Of a stretch of DNA of 35,866 bases, positions 1 through 11,376 are shown piece by piece. A program made the position numbers and the translations under genes. Origin of the DNA: Calcarisporiella thermophila CBS 279.70 (Eukaryota > Fungi > Calcarisporiellomycota); assembly GCF_041956535.1 (NCBI RefSeq), contig NW_027192230.1, positions 1 to 35,866 on the forward strand, written 5' to 3'. The first letter of the stretch is position 1; the number at the start of each line of letters is the position of its first letter. The notes below the pieces were generated by a model. It was not told the DNA's origin, ran no database searches, and saw nothing but the letters and a program-made list of their open reading frames with translations.

Positions 1-556
1 GAAATCAACTAAACTAGCAAAATCAGCACATGTTTCAAGATCTGACTTTAGGGTTTACTTCCCCTTGGCAATATATTCCTATTGTGAATAAAACTGAGTG
101 GGCTAAGAAGAGTTTCAGCAAGAGTCGTGATTGTCTTCACTCCTTCATCAACAAGGCTATAGAAAAATCCTTGCCACTTATTCCTCTGTAACGGACAAGA
201 ATAAGTTACCCTTAGTGTGTATTTTGGCAGAAATGCCGCAATACCGCGGAAAAGAAGGCCGGGTGGTTCTTATGCATGAAATGCTTAATCTTCTCTTTGC
301 CGGCCATGACACTACTTCACATACTTGTTCCTTTGCCTTTGGTGAGATCGCAAGGCGACCTGAAGTACAGAAGAAAATTTTTGACGAGGTTCAAAATATT
401 TTTGGCGATGTGGCTAAAATTGATCCTAAAGAAATTCTACCTGAGCACTTGAATAAATTCAACTATTCAACAGCGGTAATGAGAGAGACGATGAGAGTTT
501 ACCCTGCTGGAGTTGTAGCAAGTGCCCGTGTAAAGGATGAGTTTGAAGTCTGTGGA

Positions 557-830
557 TGTAACTGGAGTCGATGTGTCAGTGTTCAGTGGAAAATTAAGGA
601 GGGAAAAACTATGGTTATTGTTATTAAAATTAACTAAGGAAAATAGTACATATTTATAAGCTAAAAGGTTAAAAGAATAATGCAGTGGCTAATGGCTTGG
701 TTAAGTGGCTAATGGCTTAGCTAGGTGGCTATGAAACAAAAGAGTAAGAAACAGTGAAGGCATAAATAGTGTTGCATAAAGATCGTCGTGGGGCTATGAG
801 CATATCTATAATGGAACGTATCCTCTTACA
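557..830. mobile_element. Solo LTR #1 (274 bp) inserted in a P450 exon
   Basis: Termini TGTAA...TTACA; 5-bp direct repeat GTGGA at 552-556 and 831-835; internal ~20-bp tandem repeat GTGGCTAATGGCTT; removal restores the P450 frame. Confidence 0.9.
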
Positions 831-1047
831 GTGGAAAATTGATTCCTGCTGGTAAGAGTCATTTATTTTTTTTATTATATTTATTTGTAGAATGCTTTGT
901 AAAGCTAATTTGCGAAGAAAATTGCTTCAAATTTAATTTTTTCTCAATTATGCTCCCTTAGACACCGATATACTTTGCAACATTCGTGGAATTCTTATGG
1001 ACCCTAAGCTCTTCCCAAACCCGGAAAAATTCGACCCTGAACGATGG

Positions 1048-1319
1048 TGTAACAGTTCTGAGACTGTTAATGATTCGGATTCTTATTGAATATATGAAAA
1101 GTGGTCTTAATTCAATTAGAATAATGGACAAAATGGACAAATGGACAAAGGTTGGCCAAAGAATGGGCAAACAATGGGCAAACAATGGGCAAGGAATCAT
1201 AAACAAAGATCGAGGCTTAAATAGTAAACAAGTTAAACCTTAATCAGCGTAGGAACCAATGAGCATATAAAAGGAAATATTGAATCAGGATAGAGAGATG
1301 GTGGCTTGGTCCTGTTACA
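1048..1319. mobile_element. Solo LTR #2 (272 bp) inserted in a P450 exon
   Basis: Perfect 8-bp terminal inverted repeats TGTAACAG...CTGTTACA; 5-bp TSD GATGG at 1043-1047 and 1320-1324; internal tandem repeats (ATGGACAAA, ATGGGCAAACA); removal restores PERW-AAST. Confidence 0.92.
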
Positions 1320-2477
1320 GATGGGCAGCTTCCACAATAAATTCTGAAGCAAACACGTATCCTGAGCAGGAATCTGTAATGGTCAATCAAGGCATTCCAG
1401 AAGTTGCGTTTTCTGTCGGTACACATGCTTGTCTTGGTAGAAATTTGGCTACGCTTGAGCTGCGCTGTTTAATTGCATTGCTAGTTAATGCATTTCATCT
1501 AGAACTCAAAGAAGATAGTGGGATCAACCCTAAAGTCTATCTTACAATGAAGCCGGAGGGTGGAATTTGGATTAATTTCAAGAAACGTCGTTCCAATACC
1601 ACTCTGTAATCTGCAAATGTTACAAATAAATGCAGACAAAATATCAACTCATCTTATTAAATTATAAATATTTGTGCAAATTTAGGTTAATCTGATTTTA
1701 TATGTGATTTATGATTACAGTATTTACACCTAGTACACGGCCCCTACTTTAGTAAAGATCGAGAGCGAAAGTGAAAGAACAATTCCTATCACAACCATAT
1801 TATCAACATTTTGTTCCTATAGTACAATGATGACTCCAGTTTTTCGCAAGATATAAACCGTAGTACTCGGTCAAGTCATCGCGAGAATGGTCATGATCCA
1901 CTATAATATGATTGCGAGCAATGGCTTATAATATAATCCCCGATAGAGAAAAAGAACAATTAAATGATCCGATAGCCTATCTTGGCGTTATGGGAATCTA
2001 CCTTGATTACATTAGATTAGATATTGTTCTTAACTGTTACTTGGTTATATTCTGATTTACTTTTTTTTATGGTTAAAAAATTTGTTGTTAGAAGCAATTT
2101 TAAAAATCCGCTCTGCTCCTTCAACTAACTAGTTCAGCTAACTCCACTTTATAATTTTGATCCCAAAATCAATATTCTAAGTAATTATCATCAAATCAAA
2201 TATTAAACTTCTGCCATATAACAAGGAATTGCCAAAAGCGGACTCTTACAGTAAAAGAGGCTTCTCAAATCTGTGCTAGGGAACCCAATTTGTTTAATAG
2301 TTAATATCGGAAATAAACAATCTGAGCTGATAAATGCTTAGATTTGACCGCGTAATTAAGTACACGTATTCCAAATTGGCCTTCAGTTTTATAAAAGCTC
2401 ATTCGACATTCACAAAGAAATTATCTCCTTCTTTTTCATAATTTCAATTGAATAACATTTTACAGTCAGCCAAAGAT

Positions 2478-4058
2478 ATGGGTGTTCTTTACCTTGATAA
2501 ACTCTCGAATATCCGTGATCGCCTAAGGCCCATTTTATTGGGAGTCTTTTGCGCTGCGCAGATGCTCGATATTATGAATCTTTCTGCCGTAAACATCTTT
2601 CTGCCCCATATGCGCGATGAATTAGGATTCACTGAATCCACATTGCAGTGGGTTGTGAGCGCCTACTCGATCACATTCGGCGGATTGCTTATGTTGGCAG
2701 GCAAATCTGGAGATCTTTTCGGTCATCGTATCATGTTCCTTGTTGGTGTCGCTTGGCTTAGTATTTGGACATTGGTGGCAGGATTGGCTCCTAGTTCTAT
2801 CGTCCTGTGTATTGCGAGAGCTCTTCAGGGTGCAGGAGCGGCTTTTACTGTTCCAACTTCAATGGCATTAATTACAATTACATACAAAGATGAAAAAAAA
2901 AGATCATCTGCTCTTGCATTCTTTGCAGCATTTGGCTCCCTTGGTTTTGTTATAGGCTTGATTCTTGGAGGCGTACTCTCAGGGACCATTGGATGGAGAT
3001 GGGTAACTAATAATATTCCTTGTTATTTTATCCTATAATAGTTAGATAACATATGCTTTCAATGTTTATGCAAATAGTTCTTCTTTATCTCTACGATATT
3101 TGGCGGAATTTTATTTGTGGTTGCTTTTTTGGCTGTTCCTGTCACTCTCCACGATATAGAAAAGGAAGAGAAAGGTACTCGCAGAATTGATTATCCAGGT
3201 GCTTTTACAATTACTACTGGTGTTCTTCTTCTCGTATATGTTTTGATGGACAGCACTTCACTTGGATGGTCTTCACCTCTCATTATCAGCCTTTTTATAG
3301 TTTCTATTCTCTTAATTCTTTTCTTTGTCGGGATAGAATGGAAAATTTCCAATCCACTTATGCCCCTCAAGGTTTGGAAAATACGCAATTTTGCCCCAAT
3401 ATTCATTACCGCTGCTTTAATCTATGGCTATTGGCAAGGATACATGTACTTTGCAACGCTGATCCTGCAGGTCATACTCCGCTACACTCCGATGCAAACG
3501 GCATTGGCATTTCTTCCATTGGGAATCTGTGGCCTCATCTTTAGTTTTCTCGTTGGTAAAATTATTCCACATATGAATCCGAAGATTCTATTAGCAGTAG
3601 GGTTGGCAATTGTCACTGGTTCTGCTGTCATTTTCGCATTTGTGGATGAGAATACCTCCTATTGGCGTCTTCCATTCCCATCATTCGTGCTTAGCCAGCT
3701 GGGTCTTGCATTTAGCTATATCACTGCCAACACAATTGCTGTTTCTGGTGCTAACCCGAGCGATCAAGGACTGGTAGGAGGTCTTTTCAACATGGCATTA
3801 CAGATTGGCGGTGGTATTGGTTTAGCTATTCTTACTGCTATTGCAACCTCTATAAACAATTCAAGTATGGCTACAACTCTGACGGGTGCGCAATTACTTA
3901 AGGGTTATCGTGTTGCTCTATGGTGCTCAGTAGGCTTCACATCTTTGGCTTTAATTGTCGTCTTAGTATTTGTGCGTGGAATTCAAAATACCAACGATGA
4001 CAAGACCAATGTACAGAATAATGAAAACAGGCAAATTTCTTCCGCTGAAAAAGTATAG
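2478..4058 (+). CDS. MFS drug:H+ antiporter, DHA2 (14-TMS) family; 2 exons (2478-3002, 3078-4058)
   Basis: Motif A (GKSGDLFGHR), motif B (ARALQGAG), GLILGGVL-xx-IGWRW. Intron 3003-3077 (GTAACT...AATAG) joins WRW-FFFIS in frame; many hydrophobic helices. Confidence 0.93.
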
Positions 4059-6003
4059 CAAGTATTAGTTCCAATGCACGTTAGTAACCATTATTTTATC
4101 ACATTAATACTCTTTATCATTAACTACTATTAGATCGTATTTATTTATACATTTTCCATACAAATAATTTCCAATACCTCAATAAATTAATTTATTATTA
4201 TTTATTGAATACACCAACGAGGATGCTTGTAGCAGGTCGAACTATTTGAGCATATTTCTTAAAGTCACGCCTAGGCTTTCCTCTTCAGATCTAGTAATGA
4301 TAATTTTTATTTTTATCTTTTTAATAATAGTTTTTATATTATTTTAAAGTATATCCTTTGTCCATTATATCATTTTTTGGACTATTTAATTTCTTTGTTT
4401 TATGTTTTCTCATCAATTTGCTATAATTATTAAGATTATCTAAAGGGACCGCAGTAGTAGGTGGTCGAATTGCGGTTGTTTCCTGAATTTTGTCTTGAAA
4501 TTTACCCTGATGATTTTGCTTATCAATACGCGGACGGGAATTCCACGCCATGAATTTTTGAATTCGCATATGTCCCCCACTGGTACGCGTGGCTCTACCT
4601 ATTCAGGGCTTCGTTGGGACCTAAACATTAGACAGAATGGACCGTTTGGCTTATCCTGCCATATTTCAGTATTTTGCCGGGGCTTGGTGAGCCACATTTA
4701 TTTTCAGGTATTCTGGTCATATCGAAAGGATGTCAGATATTACTCTAATAATTTAGACAACTATAGTATTCTTTTGCTCTAACCCAATTCATCTCATTTT
4801 ACAGCTGGATCATGAAAAGACACACTGCAATTTATTCTCGTTAGGTATGTCAACCACTTCCTAATGCCAATTCCCCAGCATTTGCGGCATTCATCAAAAA
4901 AGTTAATGAAAAATCAAAGGTCAGAGGTACACCCAAATGCCAAAACTACGGTGCAACTGGAAGATTGGCTCTTAATCAGGATAAGCACAAACGCGGCTAC
5001 TATATGTTAAAAGGTTGCAATAAAACAGTTCACGATTGGAACATGGTAGCTCAACTTGGCGTTCCAGTTCCGCCTAAATTAGTCACGAGTGCTCTGGCGC
5101 AATCTCTTATTGTTCGATTAAAAGTAAATTATGCCTTTGAGCTACCTGATGCCCAGAAACTTCTTTTCAATCCTAGTGGCGCATCCACCCCAGCGCTCTA
5201 ACCGCTTTCTTCCCTCAAATCGGTTAGGTCCGCTGAACGAGAATTCTGTGAGTCGATCGGGGATGAACAGATCTAAGATACTAGCCACGATGAGAGAGCA
5301 CAACTTACGGTTCCATCTTTTTCCCTTCCATTTAGACCAAGGGGTGAATTAGCTGCAGATTGAGTCTATAGCTAGAAAGATAGAAAGCCCAGGAAGTGAT
5401 AGATGAAGTGGAAGGGCATCTTCTCCATGCCATCCAACTATGTACAGAGTCGATTTTCGACACCTACCGCCCATAAGAGCGCCGACAAACTCTTGATTAT
5501 CTATTTGAGACGCTTAAAACGTGAAGAAATACACATGGTCCTCTACGGATACTGAAAAAGGTACATATCCATTATATGATTGGGGTACTCGGTCTAACCC
5601 AGCCACAATTTGCTTCTTACCCAGATCACTCAGCTCCATCCGGCGTCTTCTTCAGTGTATAGTCAATATCCGCCCGTTTTCAACCTCGGACGAGGGCAAA
5701 ACAATCCCCCCAAGCATTGGCGAGGCCATTCGCCGTCCTCGTCCTATCAAGGCAATTATCAACCAGAGTCACACCCTTCTCAATGATGATAATGGGAACG
5801 TCTATCTATTTCCATAGAAAAGCCAATCTGAATACTTGTGTGGTGCACAAGCTGAGGACACCTACACATGAATCAAACACTTGGTCAGATAATTTTCACG
5901 GTGCCCAACCATCGTCTGCCCCAAGGTAGTGATGGGTGGCTTTGCGCAAAATTTTAGCACTATGCCTAGCGTATGCGACGGCTTAGTATAAATGGAATAG
6001 GCA

Positions 6004-6287
6004 GTCAGCAGTCCATGCTTCACGATCCCACCCCTCAATTTACTAGTTTGATTTTGTTACACCTATTTTTCTTTTTATTTTTTATTTTTCTTATATCTCC
6101 CCACCCCTCTTCTCGGGAGGGCCAAGGAGTTGCACTTGGGAAACGACAGCTTTTTATACTCTTGATTTATTCTCAGATTTTTTCTTTATTTTTCTTTAAA
6201 TTTCTTTAATTTTCTATGCAAATTCTCTGGAAGTAGCTCATTTGTCCAATAAAACGGCCTCATCATCGTGAAGCATGGACTGCTGAC
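6004..6287. mobile_element. MITE-like element bounded by perfect 23-bp inverted repeats
   Basis: GTCAGCAGTCCATGCTTCACGAT (6004-6026) and its exact reverse complement (6265-6287) enclose a T-rich non-coding interior. No clear TSD. Confidence 0.6.
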
Positions 6288-7498
6288 GTAGTCCGCATTC
6301 TATTGCATAATATAAGCAATTTTGAAGACTGAGCTTTAATCGGTATTGAACTTGGGGAACCGGCCATCAAACTATTCATGCTGCTGGAAGTTGGAGCTGT
6401 TGAGATGCCTATGTTTTCAATTCAGCAACCAGCATATTATAAAGATGTTATTCCTTAAACGCTTAATTTTGAGGCATGAGGACATTTTTTCCTCCAACCT
6501 CCTAGCATTATAAACGTAGCCCCTTCGCACACTGAGGTGAAAAGTTGGCAGGTGCACATCTCAATGTTTCAAAGCATTACAGCGAACCTTTGCATTCTGG
6601 ATAAAAATACTGATAATTGTGAGTAATGTGGAGTAAGTTAAGGGAAGCGCCTCATATATTTTACACTCTTGGCGAAGATCCTGCTCTCCATCTGCCTGAT
6701 TCTGTGTTGAAAAATTTTGTGATAGTTTCAGGGGACTAACTGTAGATGCTGCTTCAAATCAATCATAGTTGCTGGGAAATCTTCAATAAGCGCACAAAAT
6801 ATGGACCGGTCCATAGCAAAAACTTGGATGTACTCAATTTATTGACCGCTGTTTCGAATGTACATAGGATTATTGATAGCTAAATGGCTTTTTTTGCAGC
6901 AGAGACATTGACTACAAGAATAAGTCTAAAAGTATATATATTTTTAATGAGATTTATAGTTTAATGTATATAATAGCATCTAATTTCACGAATAAAAAAA
7001 AACCATATCTACAATTCATTTCATTCCTTTTTCATATTATTCTAAAATCATACTGTATAAATGATATTCTATTTTTTTTTTTTACTTGCTCACTCTAATA
7101 AGATATATACCCTAAATTTTGCCCAAGTTTTGACAGAAAATTAGATCATTGTAACAGATTTTTTTTTCGTTTATTCATTACTCTTTTCATGCATCATAAT
7201 CTACAAGGGAGAGCTAGTTTTTTGTTAAAAATTTACACAGCTTTTGATGGTATTGCATAAACTAACTAAAACAGTATGATCAGTATCAATGGCACTTTTA
7301 TCGCTTAAACATGAACAAGCAGAATTTTATGCCCTCATCTTTCAAACTAAAAAATTCTTTTATATTAATTCCAGAGAGCATTACTATTTTTGTTGGAGTG
7401 TGCTATCCGAAACAGGTTCCCTTTTTAGGATCCATACTAATTTTTCCTCGTATTCTTAAAAACAACTAAAATATACCGTCATTTTTGATCTCTCATTA

Positions 7499-8242
7499 TT
7501 AGCATCTCCTCCACTGGAGGCCATTGCTCTGCTTGAATTTGTCAGACAGGGAGTCGATGCTGATGTATCCTCTGGCATTCGATTCTGCTATAATGCGTAT
7601 ATTGGCGTTGATATTGAGATTGCGTGTCTGATTGCAAGGGGACCAATTATCAGATGAAAATCGATCCCGACTCAGATAGCTCTCGTTATATGGACCATCG
7701 AATTCACTCTCGGTCGTAATCTGAGGTGCATTTCCTAGGTAAAAGGTAGCATGTAAAAGTTAGACCCGAGAATATAAGGTATGACTAAAAGTTCAAAGTA
7801 ACTGCATTACTTTAGTCGTACCAGAAAAATAATAGATGCTTGAAGATAAAGCTTTCACTCCCGTGTCCATGCGCACGTATCCCCGTTTGACTGCACCCGG
7901 AATCGAGTATTGCCATCCGTCGGGAACACGAAGGTCGATTGAGACTTGGCAGAACTTACGGTTCTCTGTAGCGTTAACGTTTGGACCATATTGCGCAATG
8001 AACTCGTCGAAATATAGAATAAATTCAGGGGGATTTGGAGACCAGATGGGAGTGACTGTGTGAGGACGACAGCCGCTTCCGTTGTACTTGATATCTAACA
8101 ACTGAACTTGGCCTGGATCCGGTCCATCCTCCTCCCTTTGTTCGATGCGGGCAGGAGCCACGAGTGTAGAGAATGAAAAGATGATCAATATAGCCAGAAA
8201 AATGATTCTGTTCATTATCTGCTTTGCATTCATGAACTCCAT
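7499..8242 (-). CDS. Secreted DUF4360-family protein; 2 exons (intron 7735-7821); start may be 8242, 8233 or 8215
   Basis: Hydrophobic signal peptide; YNGSGC, FDEFIA, RKFCQVSIDL, PDGWQYSI, RGYV, YYFSG. Exon 2 (absent from the ORF track) reads NAPQITTESEFDGPYNESYLSRDRFSSDNWSPCNQTRNLNINANIRI...GYISIDS...LQWRRC*, all typical DUF4360 motifs. Confidence 0.88.
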
Positions 8243-8411
8243 CTCTAAGGTCGCCCTTCTTAAATTAACTGAAGACGAAGAGACTGCTCCTATTGACATT
8301 GGATCACCTAACTTAAAGTACCAACACAAGGTTACACGACCTTTTACAGATTTCTCTTGTAATACTTATGTTCACTTTTGTATTTGTTTTAATTTGTAAG
8401 AAATTCATTAC

Positions 8412-8445
8412 ATAATCCAAATTTTATTCTTAAAATTTGGATTAT
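8412..8445. repeat. Perfect 15-bp inverted repeat with 4-nt spacer upstream of the DUF4360 gene
   Basis: ATAATCCAAATTTTA-TTCT-TAAAATTTGGATTAT. Confidence 0.8.
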
Positions 8446-10589
8446 CTGTGGTATTTGATTCTTGATTGAAACTTGGAACCATTGGGAGCCATAGAGTTAA
8501 TCCTCTTGCCATCACAGTCCTTATATGACAAACTCCACAACCTATTCTATTTTCTTCTTTTGTTACCAATCATGGTTGTGTAAAGTCCTAAAGCTTGTAC
8601 GGCACTCTTTCCTCTGTGTGCTTGTATACGAATTAAAAAGAAGGATCTTTGAGAATTCGAAATGACGACTAAATGTTAAGTATTTCATATAGAATGGCAT
8701 AAGCATAAATGGCTTTTAGGTTAATAAAATATTAGAATAAGAAAATGAGCATGAGGAGAGAGACAAGTAATATAGCCTTAATAACCCCAAGAACAAAGCA
8801 CATAGCAGGGCAATTCCTTCAAAATGCAGGAATTAGTAATAACTACTGTACATCTATAGTTATTTGAAGATCATCGAATACTCTATATATGTTCTGATGG
8901 TATATATCCTCTATGATTATAACGGCCTCTCATCTCCGGAATTATACATGCCAAAGCATCTCTGATGTAAATTTTTGGCAAATTTACTCTCGAACTTTAA
9001 GTGGGAAATGAAACAAAGAGCCTATATATGCATTTAACCTTTAGATTAGCTAATAATCAATCAGATACCACCACTCTTCAAACGGGGGACGTTCATTTTA
9101 CAAACCATTGGAAGGGCACAGTATCTCCCAAGGTTTAATATTGATTTATTAAATTTGCATGCCCATTGAATGCGTGAAATGAGAACAACCGAGTGCCGAT
9201 CATGATCCATTGAGATCTCAAGTGACCTTAGAAATAAGGTTAACGAGTTAAATACCTTTTCGTATAAAAAATTAGGTCTAACGGTCGCTTTTATTTTAAT
9301 AGATGAGTTTGCTTGTTTCTCCTCAAAGCCATACATAAGACAACTTCTTATTGGTTGCATATTGCACGATAAGAGGCGTCCACGACCATTTGATAAGCTC
9401 TGCTTGCATTCACCTATTAGAAGGAATTGAAAGAGACGTTTCCAATAGGGCCAACCTGAACAAAGCCGTGGCAGCGAGTAGTTTTTCGTGCTTCTCCGAC
9501 ATCGAATTAGATTAGAGCACCTGGAGGAAGTGGCGGAAGTGGTAAATCGTGAGCAGAATAAAAAATTCAAACCTATCCTTTAGATTAGTTAGAATTGACC
9601 TCTGAAGCAATTGCCGTCTGCTATGTGTGCTCTGACATCACAGATTCAAGTCAGCGATTCATGTAGAGTAAAGAGGCGCTTCCGTATAATTTTTAGCTGA
9701 TTATGTCCAGTAATGAATTTACACTTTATGCCATATATGCAACCCATAAGATGGAGTACCATATACGAAAGGACATAGATATGGAATGGAAGAGTAGAAA
9801 CAGCAAAGTGTGACGAAGAGTCTGAAACGGGGAAAAAAAAATATCCGAGAGCAAGTATTGCACTAGGATATATTGATCTATACTTCGCTAGAAGTAAAAA
9901 AATGCATGAAGTTATATTGGCATCAGTGAATTGACCCCAAAGCGTTCAACCCAATATATCTATTTGTTATAAAGGCTGTTTCCCAATTCTTTTTCCAATT
10001 ATTAGGAATATCCCTATAATCATAGGTCAACCAATCTAGAGTAACGAAATCAGTTGCTATATCGCACCGATTCTTTGTAAAAATGATAACAACGATGCCA
10101 TCTTTTGTGCTCTATTACTTTCGTTACTCTTAAAATCACACCCTTTACACTTTACAGGGTGTCGTCCATTATAGTGGGACATGGTTATAAACCAACGTAC
10201 CATGAAATACCATGAAAGCACAGATGTGCGTAATGAGAATACACAGGAAAACAATTTTTTTAAGTTATTTGGTGCGTTCAAGTTAAGCGTGTGTTAGGCG
10301 ATGCTTTTTCAAGCTTGTTACTCTTGGTATCAGTGAGAAAAGCCGAGAATGGCCTCTTCCTCTCAGTTGATTTCGCAAGCCTCGGCTCATCCAAGAACCC
10401 GGTCGATTTGCGTTCGAGGGCACAATCGCACGCTAGCCCAATTTTCGAAAGTGATTTGGTTGATTCATCTTTTTCGCGTCACGCTGCTGACAAATTTTCA
10501 GCCGGAGGCCATTATATATAAGGCGAGTCCGAGGGCGCCGGTTAATATCTAACTGTTTAATCGTATTCCCCAAGCATCTGAAAACACTC

Positions 10590-11376
10590 ATGGCCACCCC
10601 TAACTTGACGCTCTACACTGCTGCAACCTCCAATGGCCGCAAAGTTTCCGTCACTCTCGAAGAGCTCGGCCTGTCTTACAATGTGAAGCCCATCTCCTTT
10701 GCTCAAAATGAGCAAAAGTCGGAATGGTTCACCAAGATCAATCCAAATGGGCGCATCCCCGCATTGACCGACCACTCCAGGGGTGACTTTAATGTGTTCG
10801 AATCGGGCGCCATCATGATCTACCTGTGCGAACATTACGATCCCGCCGGAAAGCTTTACCCCAAAGATGCAGATGCTCGCTCAGAGGTCTTGCAGTGGCT
10901 TATGTTCCAAATGGGCGGGGTGGGACCAATGCAGGGCCAGGCGAATCACTTTTATAGGTATGCGCCGGAGACGATCGAGTATGGAATTAAGAGATATCAA
11001 AACGAGACAAGGCGGCTCTACGAGGTGATTGAAAGACATCTCTCGGAGGGGAGGGAATGGCTTGCGGGGGGGCAATTCTCTTTGGCAGACATTGCCAATT
11101 TTACATGGTTGGTAATTGGTTCATTGCTTCAGATGCATTGTGGTAAGCATGAGCTTTTCCTATAGGATCCGTGGCCACTCGTGGTCCGGTGTTTCCATTG
11201 ACGGGCTCCCCAATCTCAAGGCATGGCTCGACCGCATCGAATCGCGTCCAGCAGTGCAGCGGGGGTTGGATGTTCCGGAGAAGGATAAGCTGAGACTGTT
11301 GACGAGCAACCCCGAGTTGGCGCAAAAGGCAGCGGAGGCTTCGAGGGCTTGGATTGTTCCGGAGCAACAAAAATAA
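10590..11376 (+). CDS. Glutathione S-transferase, YfcG/Ure2p-like (Nu/GST-II) class; 2 exons (intron 11108-11165)
   Basis: [48 protein letters not shown]. Intron GTTGGT...TATAG restores [12 protein letters not shown]...RPAVQRG. Confidence 0.95.

Larger units (their letters stand above)
18..1609 (+). pseudogene. Cytochrome P450, 5'-partial, disrupted (one frameshift and two solo-LTR insertions)
   Basis: I-helix AGHDTT, ExxR (ETMR), PERW and heme motif FSVGTHACLG are all present. Removing 557-835 and 1048-1324 and splicing intron 852-961 restores ...EFEVCGKLIPADTDILCNIRGILMDPKLFPNPEKFDPERWAAST...ACLGRNLA. The upstream exon (MFQDLTLGFTSPWQYIP...INKAIEK, probable acceptor TAG at 15-17) is out of frame with ILATYSS by one base at the A5 run 163-167. 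Confidence 0.9.

Noticed and set aside
1124-1192. Short tandem repeats as a CRISPR-like array or repeat protein (ORF 986-1243)
   Set aside because: No spacers; these are minisatellites inside solo LTR #2.
557-1320. Solo LTRs acting as new spliceosomal introns: both present GTAAC at +2 and end in CAG with the first TSD base
   Set aside because: Splicing 558-831 or 1049-1320 leaves +5 nt (frameshift), the in-frame alternative donor at 1047 creates TGA, and there is an upstream frameshift, so no simple rescue of the P450.
18-4058. Secondary-metabolite gene cluster (P450 + MFS, plus distant GST and BBE oxidase)
   Set aside because: No backbone synthase in the window, the P450 is disrupted and the genes are dispersed. 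A cluster to the left of the window cannot be excluded.
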